From: Oculina patagonica
Lineage: Eukaryota
DNA length: 64,000 nt
Direction: 5' to 3'
NCBI RefSeq assembly: GCF_052425735.1
Contig: NC_135770.1
Coordinates: forward strand, 29,698,001 to 29,762,000
The notes beneath the pieces were generated by a model. It worked only from the letters and a program-made list of their open reading frames with translations, did no database searches and had not been told where the DNA came from. Each line of letters opens with the position of its first letter. Position 1 is the stretch's first letter. Positions 49,614 to 59,597 of the stretch are shown one piece after another. The translations under genes were made by a program, and so were the position numbers.

Positions 49614-52600
49614 ATGGCTGCAGAGTATAATCGTCTAGAGTCAAAAACCAAACAAAATCCCAAGAAAAACGCTAACATCTTTTCCATTCTTTCATTCTCT
49701 TGGGTGGGAGAGCTTCTTTCCATCGGGAACAAGCGTCCTCTAGAAACTGACGATCTATTTCCTTTACCTGACGAGGACAAAACCGCACCGTCAACGGAAA
49801 AAGTACAATGTACATGGAGTGAAGAAAGACGTGTTCCTGGAAAAAGGGGAAATGGACATCGACTGTTCAGAGCGCTCATTGCAATGTTCCCCTGGACTGA
49901 TTACATGTTCGTTTTGAGTACAACGTTGTTAGATGGCATTGGCAATTTTCTCCAGCTGGTGTTTTTGAGTTTGTTGTTACCGGAATTAATGAAATCTTCC
50001 AATAAAGAGCTGGAATGGACGTATATATTCGCTGGCGGTATCTGCCTGAGTTCTTCCGTGCGATTTCTTGCTAGACACCATCTCGCTTATAATGCTTATT
50101 TGATGGCGCTAAGATGGAAGTCAGCAACAATTGGGATCATATACAAAAAGGTATCGTAGATCGTAGTTGTTGTTCAGCGGGAGGCGCAGTGGCCTAATGG
50201 TTAGCCCATTGGACTCCGGATTTAGCGGTCCCGGGCCCCGTTGGCCGGTGTCATTGCATTGTGACCTTGGGCTACGCAAGTTGCTCTGATAGTGCCCCTC
50301 TTCATCTAGAAGTATAAATGAGCATCGGAGAATTTTTAGGGCAACTTGATAAAAAAAGATATATGTTATTTGCCGGCCGGGAGGTCCGTATAGGGACCTT
50401 TCCTTTCTTTTTTCTTGCGTTGTTTAAAACTTGTCTATTGTTTAGACTTGTGACTTTATGGACAAAGAACGCTAATTAGTGCCCCGCGCAAGATAAGTGT
50501 GATTTTTTCGCTTTGTTTTAACAGTAATTAATTGAGCTATTTTAACAAAAGGAATAAACAACATTAGGGGCGCTTTCCATTCGACCAAAACTTCTGGTTT
50601 GAGTTTCCAGAAAATTCCAGTGCAAATGGAACAGCATTTTCCAACTTTTCCGGTTGACTGCACGGAAGGCAAAAAACATTTGCATATGGTCAGGTAGTGC
50701 GTCTAATATGGAAATTTCTTCGGTGCATTAAAATAATGCACTGTGGCCGGTTTCGCAAATAAAAAGCATTCCGAGCACTGAAAATAAACTCCGTGAATGA
50801 CATCGTGGCCGCAAATACAGGGACCTTTCAAAAGGCACACTACAAGCAACGAAAAGGTCGCCAACCCAAAAAGTTTAATGAGCGATAATGAGCGTAGCCT
50901 GCACGCACGTTATAAACATTTGTACATTTCTTTGCTGCCGCCTGCAAAACAACAACGAAAAGCAACCGAGTTCACCTAAATTTTTTATGCTTTTTCCAAA
51001 ATTTCCGGAAAAGTGGTCAACCTCGCAAGGTAGACCCAAATTTTCGAAAACAATTTCCGGGAACTTTCAGTTCCATTTGATTTTGCTTCTGGAATTTCCG
51101 GGGTTTTCGGTTGAATGGTTCGCATTTCGGAAAGTCAACACTTTCCGGATTTTCTGGAAACTTTCCCAGGAAATTTCTGTACCATTCGTCCTTGTTCCGA
51201 AATTACCGGAATTTTTGGTCGAATGGAAAGCGCCCCAGCATTACCCCAATCAAATGACCGGTATTTCGATCCTTCTTGAGTAAGTGTCTACTTATAAAAA
51301 CCCACTCAGAACAATTCTCATCATTCGTTCATGTTCGTTCATGGAAACTACTAAGGAAAATTTAAGCAATGCTCTATGCAATTCAGACATATGATCAGAA
51401 TAAAATTAGCGTTTCTTCTCTACACGAGTCGTAGGTAGTATGTCAAACATTAGAAGTCTTTACTTAAGTTAGGGGGCGACTGAACTTATTTGGGGGCGAC
51501 GTAACTTCAGTTTTCGGGCGACGTGACCTGAAATGGGGCGACGTTACTTGGAGTGACCGTGCAATGGGGCGACATGACCTACATCCGGGAAAAACTGTAC
51601 CCAGGGTCTTGAGGCCGTAGGCCGAGGGCCGTGCTCAAGACCGAGGGTACACTTTTTTCCCATACAGGTCAACCTAGGCCGGCAAATAACGTCTTTATTT
51701 TTTTTTCCTACTTAAATATGTTATGTAAAGAAATTTAGAAAGTTTGTGTCAAAAACTCTATGTGTGTTTAGGCGCGCATTCAATTTCGATGTTGAGTTGA
51801 TCGACAGGTTTATCGAATAGTGATTTCAACTTAAAGCACTGAACGACCCATCCACCTACCTGTCTCAGTTAACAGTAACCGAATACTTTGTTTACAGTCG
51901 TATAGCTAAATCTATACTCTTTACAACTATTTTAATTGAAAGTAAATAATGATCCGATTATTTTTCCACCCACTGAGCACTATACTTTCTATCAATTTCC
52001 TTGGTAGGTTCTTAGTCTGAGCCAAGCGGATCTATCAAGGATCACAAGTGGATACATCATCAACCTCATCGCCAGTGACCTACAACGCTTTGAACATTCT
52101 GTTTCTTGCATTTTTCTGCCAATTCAAGCCCTCTTTGAAACAAGTGGCGTGTCGTTTTTTATGGTTTACTTATTTGGATGGAGACCTTTATTGGGAGTAG
52201 CTTTTATGATCTTCCTTTCCCTGTATTACGGTGGAATGGCTAAAGTGTGTATGATCTTACGATCACAAATCTCTATGGTGACTGACAAGCGCGTCAATAT
52301 AATGAACTCTGTTATCCCTGGGATTCGTACCGTTAAAATGTACGCTTGGGAGTGGCCGTTCATCAAAAGAGTGAAACGACTACGAAGGTATGTAAACGAA
52401 ATTAAAATCTCCATAATAACCTCAGGACTTCAGGACTTGGGGCCACCGCGAGGAAACTATTATACCAGAAAAATTATATCTAGTAAAGCCTTTTACCAGT
52501 ATGTGGCTTTTAGCTCTCGGCGCGAATTCTGTAGCATGAAACGGATAGAAGTGTTGCTACTAGCCACCCCCCCCCCCCTAAATGGGATGATAGTCGATAG

Positions 52601-54062
52601 CGGGGACCCAGTTATAAAAGTGGGTGGAACGAGGAAGGGTAAGAGAAAAGAGTCTTGACCTATTGCAAGAACAGTAAACAATGCCCCGGCGAGAGTTCGA
52701 AACCAGCCCGCTCGATCAAGAGGCCAGTCCTATAACCATTAGGCCACCGGGCCTACCACATTAGACCTTATATATGGTAATGTCATATGTTCTAAATTCA
52801 CCACCAGGCCTCGTTTACGCAAATTATTCTCAACCTCTGCCACCTTCCTGCAGTTTTCAGGTGGGTATAAGGGAAATCCTTGCTGATGTCATTGTTTCCG
52901 TTTTGCCTCTTTAGCATGCAACTTTGCGTAGAGAAGACATCACGCTATATAGCAATTCACTCTAGATATGTTTTAATACTCGGCGAAATTTTCAGCTCTT
53001 TGCTTTCAATGTTCCAGGAGATATTAACTTCCAAAACTGCAAAATTTCTGGCTGGCAAAAGCGCTAATCGAGCCTATACATTCTTTGTGAAACTTTTAGT
53101 TTTAAAACTCCTATCACACGGGCTCAAATATATAGTGAAAGGTAATCGCGCAATGTTTTTTCAATATTCAGAATTAAAAGTTTTGTAGCTCGATTAGAAA
53201 ATGAAGCGTTTATACCGATGAAAGAAATATTGTAAACAAGGATTCTCCTATTCTTTTCATTTTTGCCGAATTGGTAATTTAATAGTAGCCCCCGCAGGGT
53301 TTGGTCCAGAGGCCACTTGCTCTCTTCCTTTTACAAAGTCTCGAAGACCGCGAAATTTGTCCAGAAACGAGTACGAAGATATCAACAAGTTTTTTCGCGA
53401 TTAACGATAAGCAAGAGTCAGTCCAATGCCGCCATTTGCCAGGCACAATCTACTTGAACGAAAAAAGTCTCGATCAGTCCACATCCGGACGAGATTTACT
53501 AGACAACATGTGGCATCAAGGGGATGTAATTCAAAATAGATCTCGAGACAATTATTAAAGACCCGCGGCAGGCTTTTGCATTGACATAGGTGAAAAATTC
53601 TTTCGGCATCCTTTCGACTCAGCTGTAAATCAAAGTTGATAATTCTTGCTTGGGAACTCAGCCCAAATATATTGGGCGCAATTGGTATTTTAAAACATTT
53701 TTCTGTTGCTCGCTGAGAACACTCATTACAGAAAAACACGGCAAAATGACGTCAAGCTGTTGCAATTAATTAAATTGACGTTATCATTAATCTTTCAGAT
53801 TTTTTTGCACAATTTCGCTTTTTTGTGATCACTTGGCTTTAACATTTCATTTTAAATCGTACGGACCCCTCGTTCCATCTTGAAGAAGAGAAGGCCAGAA
53901 TTAGAAGACACAAGCCGCCAGGGAGTGTTTTCATCTTCAAAAACATCCTAAACAGAAAATTGACTTCCAATCAATTTAGTAGATAGAGTCTAGATAAAAG
54001 AGGCAAGACACCAAGCGAAAGAATTGACCGTAGTAAGAGATGTGCTGAAAAAACAAAACAAC

Positions 54063-54093
<31 letters not shown>

Positions 54094-55691
54094 AAACCAG
54101 CGGGGGCAGCTGTAGTGTCAACTATTTCTAGTTTACGATAGGATTTACAAGTTTGCCAGGCCACTGGCTAGAGGGCCACTGGTTTTTCAGTTTTTAACTG
54201 TTACGTGTTCACCCTCTTTAAATAAAGTTGATTATTTTTATAATTATTACTTCGAACGCGAGGCTTTGTGGTGAAAATAGCCAGTCTGACGTAAACAGAA
54301 TAAATTAAGTTTAGCGGCTAACTGAATAACAGTTGTTATGTGAGCAAGTTATTCCTTATGGCAGTATTTGTTTTCTTTCAGCCTAGAATTGAAATTGACT
54401 CGATGGAAAACAGCAATATTGGCTTCTTTCCAATCTCTTCTTCACACTTCTCCATCAATTGCTGCTTTTATTTCTTTCGTTTCACTGTTATCCTCGGGAA
54501 CTGAACTCACTTCATATAACACGTTCATGATTTTATCCCTAACCACTACTATGAAGGTTTCTGTTTCCTGGCATCTATCTTTTTCAGGAAACATTCTTGC
54601 CGACTTTGCAACAGCTCTGACTCGTATTCAGGATATACTTGAATTTAAGAGTGATGACAACATCCACAAATACCCTCACGATACTTTTGCTGAAAATAAC
54701 TGCGCTGAACTGAAAGGAAATAAGTTTCCTTTTAATTCCAAGGATGAGAAATTTCAACTTTGCAGCAAAGTAAACGCTAATGACGTCCACGTTGGAGAGG
54801 ATCCATGTATTGTACTAGAAAATGTTGTCTGCAGTTGGCATGGTGATTGGAACAAACCAACACTGAAGTCTCTGTGTTTATCGGTTTCTGCAGGCCATTT
54901 AGTGTTCATCACAGGTCCCGTTGGTTGTGGCAAGTCATCCCTACTGTACGCTATCTTGCATGAAATTCCACTCTTGAAGGGAGAAATATCATGTCCTGGT
55001 AAAGTTTCTTGGGTTGGTCAGCAGCCCTGGGTATTCTCTGGTACCATACGGGAAAACATTTTGTTTGGTGAGCCGTTTGATCCGCAGAGATATCATGCGA
55101 TATTACATGCCTGTGACCTGCAGACAGACTTGCAAAGGTTCTCGGATGCAGACATGACACTAGTTGGAGAACGTGGAATAGTTTTAAGTGGTGGTCAGCG
55201 CACTCGTGTTGGACTAGCACGCGCTTTGTATTCTGATGCCGATATCTATCTTTTTGATGATCCATTAAGCGTCCTGGATACAAAAGTCGGATGTCACATT
55301 TTCAAAACCTGTATCACTGGTATACTGCGGAAAAAGACACGACTGGTGGCCACTCACAACTTGGAAATCCTCAGGGATGCTGACAACATAGTAGTAATGA
55401 AGGGAGGATCCAGTTTAGAGAAAGTCGATTATGACGGGCTCATTAAGTCTGGCTTTAAACTTGCTGCTTTGGAGGAGCCAAAAATTGATGGAAGAGGCTT
55501 TTCTTCCGAAAGATCATCAGCACAAGAAGAGTCAGCGATGATCTCAGACACAAAATACGCCAGACTAGAACCTGCTGAAGAAGATCGTATGATAGGTTCT
55601 GTGTCCTGGAAGCTGTACTTGGACTACATACTTGCTGGAATGCGTACAACTTCAGTTGTGGCTTTTGTGATGTTTTTCCTCGTCGTTCAAG
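49614..55691 (+). CDS. ABCC4/MRP4-like ABC transporter copy 2, first three coding exons (49614-50150, 52008-52387, 54382-55691); rest expected beyond Polinton 2
   Basis: Paralogous to copy 1 with identical splice positions; open frame; NBD1 motifs GPVGCGKS, LSGGQ and IYLFDD. Confidence 0.88.
50365..51690. mobile_element. Nested non-autonomous DNA transposons in ABCC copy 2 intron 1 (inner Harbinger MITE 50567-51236)
   Basis: Outer arms GTTATTTGCCGGCC / GGCCGGCAAATAAC. Inner TIRs GGGGCGCTTTCCATTCGACCAAAA / TTTTGGTCGAATGGAAAGCGCCCC. GGGCGAC repeat cluster at 51471-51585. Confidence 0.75.
52520..52754 (-). mobile_element. tRNA-derived SINE
   Basis: Minus strand GGTGGCCTAATGGTTA (A box) and GGTTTCGAACTC (B box); same head family as 32243. 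Confidence 0.6.
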
Positions 55692-55724
55692 GTAAGTCTT
55701 ATGTACCTAGCAACGTTAAGCAAC

Positions 55725-56538
55725 CGGTCAGTGTAAAACGCAGACTGCGGACTGCAGACTGCAGACTGCAGACCGGGGGTAAAATGCAGACTGCAGACTG
55801 CAGACTGCAGACCAAGGGTAAAATGCAGACCGAGGGTAAAGTAACGAAATACGAGTCACAAAGCCATTTTTCCCCGCCGGCTCCAAATTTCGAAGGAATG
55901 TATGTCAGACAACGTTTCCCCCCGTTTCCCATGAGCGATCACGAAAATGAACTAGATTTAATGCTGACACAAATTTGATCAAATTTAACTTTTTGATACA
56001 GCAAAGGCATTTTAAAGATTTTTGTGAAACTTAAACTTCAGTTTACAATTAATCTTCTACGTTTGTAAACCGGATGAAACTGAACGGTTTACAGATGTCA
56101 CAGATCATTTAGAAGAATAAATTTTTTACTTGCCGACACAGCAGGATCACGTTTACAGCGATCATATTATTCTGCGGCCACAGCTCTTTCAAGTGTTTTT
56201 AAGTGGCACAGATTAAACCCTTCCGCAGTTAAGTTATAAAAAAACGGCTTTGCTTCGCTAACCGTCGTAATAAAACACCATAAAAATAAAAGGTACAAAA
56301 CTTTTATGTTTAGCGAGGCCGGTAAACAAATGATGTGTCGACGGACGTAGTGCGAGCGCGTTTAAAATTAATTTCCGAAAAAGGCCGCGCTGAAAGGGCT
56401 GTAAACAGTTCAGTTTCATCCGGTTTACAGATGCAGAAGACTTGAAGTTGAAGGTTTAGTCTAACAGCGTTAAGTCTGTAAAAAAAAAAGAAAAATTTGA
56501 ACACATTTGTGTCGGCATAAAATTTATTTATCGCCAGC
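55725..56538. mobile_element. Repeat element starting with an ACTGCAG microsatellite; the insertion site of Polinton 2
   Basis: (ACTGCAG)n array at 55740-55830; internal inverted repeat TGTAAACCGGATGAAACTGAAC (~56064) / GTTCAGTTTCATCCGGTTTACA (~56408). Confidence 0.55.
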
Positions 56539-56716
56539 AGTAGTAAAGGGGGGGTCTCACAAATACCACCTGAGAAGTAGTCGCTTTTTTCACAGGCGGT
56601 ATTTGTTTACACAACTCTTTTTACCAATAAAAACTTAAAAAATCGCCCTTTCTTCTCGAAGCGCCAAAAGCCGCGAGCGGCTGAATGTCAATTGAACAAT
56701 TGTGATTACTAAGTAC

Positions 56717-57124
56717 ATGGCTTACAGCGAGACCTCGTCAGCCGCGAACAAAGCAAGACAGTTTGATTCGAACGAGTGTTCTTTGATTTGTTTATGTGAA
56801 AGTGAATGTTTTTGTCTTCCAAAACAAAAGTCTATCAAGGATGTGAAAAAGAAATATCTTTCGATTGACGGAAAGACATTTAAAAAATCAGCAAGCGTCT
56901 GGTCCTTAAAAGATTATAAATGCGAAGCTTGCGACAAAACGTTTACACAATGCCACTCGCTTCGATCCCATGAAAGGTATCATTGTAAAAAACGAGAAAC
57001 ACAAAAAACACCAAAAGAAAAATGCCTTAAATGTGGTAAAATGCTTCATATATCGACCGTTTACAGACACAAAAAAAATGGTTGCCCTGCTAGCGGCACG
57101 CAAAATCGCGAGCGGCTTACGTGA
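56717..57124 (+). CDS. Small C2H2/C2HC zinc-finger protein
   Basis: YKCEACDKTFTQCHSLRSHERYH and CLKCGKMLHISTVYRHKKNGC; ATG context is homologous to the PolB start of element 1. Confidence 0.75.
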   Translation: MAYSETSSAANKARQFDSNECSLICLCESECFCLPKQKSIKDVKKKYLSIDGKTFKKSASVWSLKDYKCEACDKTFTQCHSLRSHERYHCKKRETQKTPKEKCLKCGKMLHISTVYRHKKNGCPASGTQNRERLT

Positions 57125-57702
57125 GTTGCGTGACATTTTCAGAGAGAGTCTGGAAACCATATTTCTAGTTCTCAGGCCCTTGGACGAGCAGAAAGAAACA
57201 TGGCGGCCTAATCAGGATTCAGTGTTTGGGCCGATAAAAAACGAAACAGAACAGATATTACAAAAAAAATACGCTCAGTTAACGCGCTGTAATTTTTTGT
57301 GCCCCCACAGAAGCTGGCGAAGTGAAGCGAAGAGAAGAAATCGAGAAATAACAGGATTTGATCACAGAAGTTTATCGATCGATCGAAAGAACTTTCCCGA
57401 AACATCGGACTCAATCGGGCCTGTTTATTTTTTTTCCGCTTCAAGCATTGCATCCACGACTTGATATGTTATCTGTCTGACCTCATTTTGCCAAACGGGA
57501 GTAGAAAGTTCGGTTAAAATAAAGCAAATCGCTTGGAAAAGCACCATCATTTTAGCCTATTTACCAAACTTTACCAAGTGTCTAATTAATGATGACATCA
57601 TCCTGATGCCCAAAAGCGCATGCGCACTTGCTCAAATATTGCAAAATTTAGGTGAATGACATGGAAAAGGGTACCACAAGTGAAAAATGTGACAAAGTGA
57701 AC

Positions 57703-57740
57703 TATATATAAGTTAACGCGGCCGTAACTTTTTGTTAGTT
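57703..57740 (+). promoter_or_regulatory. TATA box plus initiator-like element
   Basis: TATATATAA at 57703-57711; TTAGTT at 57735-57740, about 30 nt downstream; GCGCATGCGC palindrome upstream at ~57616. Confidence 0.55.
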
Positions 57741-58045
57741 CACAAATTCTGGTGAAGTCAAGGGAGGTAGTGGATGGCCAACCACTTGAATCCTGTTATA
57801 ATGGCTTGTGCGGATGGTGAATTACGGGGTATAGGGGGACTCCTTTCAGTGGGAGATACCCCTGGGTGAACCCGCCTCGGCCCTACTGATAACGTGGGGG
57901 TGCTCAGAAATTCCTCGGGATTTCAAACCTCGGCAGAGGTAAAAATGCGGGACAGCCGCCTTGTCAGCGGCGGGGAAAAAGTCCTAGCCGGGGCTAGGCA
58001 AGAAACAGCCAACGAGCACCCCCCGACCAGGGTTTTGCCCTTTCG
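57737..58045 (+). ncRNA. Candidate structured non-coding RNA (~300 nt) of Polinton 2
   Basis: At least nine nested helices found by eye, G-U pairs and A-rich linkers favouring the + strand, upstream TATA/Inr, and no credible ORF. Confidence 0.6.
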
Positions 58046-58052
58046 TTTGACC

Positions 58053-58140
58053 TGTCACGCAACGTCACGCGTGACTGTCACGCTCTGTGTCACACAATGT
58101 CACGTTGTGTGTAACACAATGTCACGATTTGTGTCATGCG
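58053..58140 (+). repeat. Phased array of eight TGTCAC-like motifs
   Basis: Motif starts at 58053, 58063, 58076, 58088, 58098, 58110, 58120 and 58132 (spacing 10-13 bp). Confidence 0.8.
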
Positions 58141-58180
58141 TTAATTTTATTTTTCTGAACACTCAGATTAAATCCAGTGT

Positions 58181-58867
58181 TTATTTTCTCAAATCTGATT
58201 TCGACTCGGCTGATATTCTTTTTTTTAACCTATCTAATTCTTGTTGTCGAATTTCCTCTCTCAGTTTCTCAATGTCAGGCTGTGGGGATGACTTTTTTTG
58301 GCTTAAATTTTTTGAAAGGTGCCTGCGAACAGTCTCTTTGAGAGCCATGTAACGAGAATATTCATCCAAAATAATTTGGAACTCTTTGTCATCAACTTTA
58401 TTGTCAATGAGTGCGGCAGAAACAAGTCTATTGACTGTTTCACGTTTGGCAACAGCAAGCGAAGTAATTTCATTATTTTTCAAAATTTTTGGTTCAAGTT
58501 TTTTACTTGCTCCAGTGAAAGCGGCAGACAAAACGCCTGTAATGGCAGCACATGCAGCGAGAGGAACGCTTACCGGCAAACCAACGACCGTTACCGCGGT
58601 GCCAAGACTGGAAGCAGAGAGAACACTGGACAAACCACCCATTGAAATTGCGGAATAATGGAAAACAGACTTCACCTTTTTATACTTTTTCAAAACAGCT
58701 CGGTATTTAGCAACTTCTTTGTCAAAATCCGAACAAATTTGATTGATTTTTGTTAACCTAAAGTTTTCTGGTTGATTTGGCAAAGCAGGATACAGTGTTT
58801 GTTTTACGCTGTTTTCTTCGCTTACACCATAAGCAGGGGCACTCGGAAGAACATTAGCAGATGACAT
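58181..58867 (-). CDS. Polinton membrane protein with hydrophobic hairpin and PSAP/LYPxL motifs
   Basis: 228 aa; central Gly/Ala/Ser-rich double hydrophobic segment; DNKVDDKEF EF-hand-like motif; N-terminal PSAP and LYPAL. Confidence 0.8.
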   Translation of the reverse strand: MSSANVLPSAPAYGVSEENSVKQTLYPALPNQPENFRLTKINQICSDFDKEVAKYRAVLKKYKKVKSVFHYSAISMGGLSSVLSASSLGTAVTVVGLPVSVPLAACAAITGVLSAAFTGASKKLEPKILKNNEITSLAVAKRETVNRLVSAALIDNKVDDKEFQIILDEYSRYMALKETVRRHLSKNLSQKKSSPQPDIEKLREEIRQQELDRLKKRISAESKSDLRK

Positions 58868-58891
58868 GGTCTCGTATACAATAAAAAAATA

Positions 58892-59557
58892 TTAATTTAA
58901 TTCTAATTCAAAATGCAGCGGAGCTCCAACAAAGTCAAACTTACTGCCAGTTTTGTCTTTGACGGTCAATGTGACACTGTTCACACTCTGAACAGCGTCG
59001 ATTCGACGTGAATTATTGATAAAATTTTGAGGGTAATGAACCAAATCATAAGGTTTCCCGGTTATTGGTACACAAGCGAGAATGTCACTTGGCTTTCCAT
59101 TATACAAGTTATTTTCTTTGGAAAGTAAATCGCAGTGAATGTAATAAAAGTCTGGTATAGTAAAATCTTCAATTCTTGCGTTAGAAGCATCAACAATTGT
59201 GTTCTTAAAAAGTTTAGAAAGATTTTTATCAAAAGAAAAGCTTTCAATACTTTTTGTTTTTGTTATTGAAAAGCCTCTTTTTAAATCATCCCTTTTTACT
59301 GTTAGCTTTTGTTGATCTTTGAACTTATTAGTCAGGTAAGTTGTAATTTCATCAAAATTGTAGTTGCCTGGGAAAAAAACAGCAACATTGTTGCTCACAT
59401 TGTTTTGTTTAATGCTTATGGAGCCAATTTCTTCCAGATTACGCCAGCTGTTTTGTAACGAGCATGACAGCAGGCTGATAAACCTTGGTTTTTCAATTGG
59501 CTGGTCAAAGTAAACAGCTTCCCCGTTGGAACTCGCGTCGATTGTGAGCACAACCAT
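58892..59557 (-). CDS. Minor capsid protein (penton-like single jelly roll)
   Basis: 221 aa beta-rich protein with YIHCDLL...LYNGKPSDILACVP and a terminal DF.G.P.HFELE pattern typical of Polinton minor capsid proteins. Confidence 0.75.
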   Translation of the reverse strand: MVVLTIDASSNGEAVYFDQPIEKPRFISLLSCSLQNSWRNLEEIGSISIKQNNVSNNVAVFFPGNYNFDEITTYLTNKFKDQQKLTVKRDDLKRGFSITKTKSIESFSFDKNLSKLFKNTIVDASNARIEDFTIPDFYYIHCDLLSKENNLYNGKPSDILACVPITGKPYDLVHYPQNFINNSRRIDAVQSVNSVTLTVKDKTGSKFDFVGAPLHFELELN

Positions 59558-59597
59558 CTTTATAATTATCTTTTGAAAAATAAATCTTTAATATAAA

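Noticed and set aside
50178-50250. tRNA-like sequence
   Set aside because: No complete cloverleaf, and it continues into a SINE body; the same applies to 32243, 29830 and 52690.
55692-55978. C-terminal extension of the 54368 ORF with TADCRLQ repeats
   Set aside because: Read-through past the GT donor at 55692 into an ACTGCAG microsatellite.
5595-56538. The two Polinton ends as TIRs of one giant element capturing the host genes
   Set aside because: The termini belong to elements extending away from this interval and are only about 70% alike, so they are two separate insertions.
56970-57464. 164-aa ORF overlapping the zinc-finger gene
   Set aside because: Alternative frame with no motifs; cannot be supported without homologs.
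57894-58352. 152-aa + strand ORF over the structured block
   Set aside because: GTG start, runs through the TGTCAC array and antisense into the 58181 gene, and has no recognisable motifs; RNA structure explains the region better.
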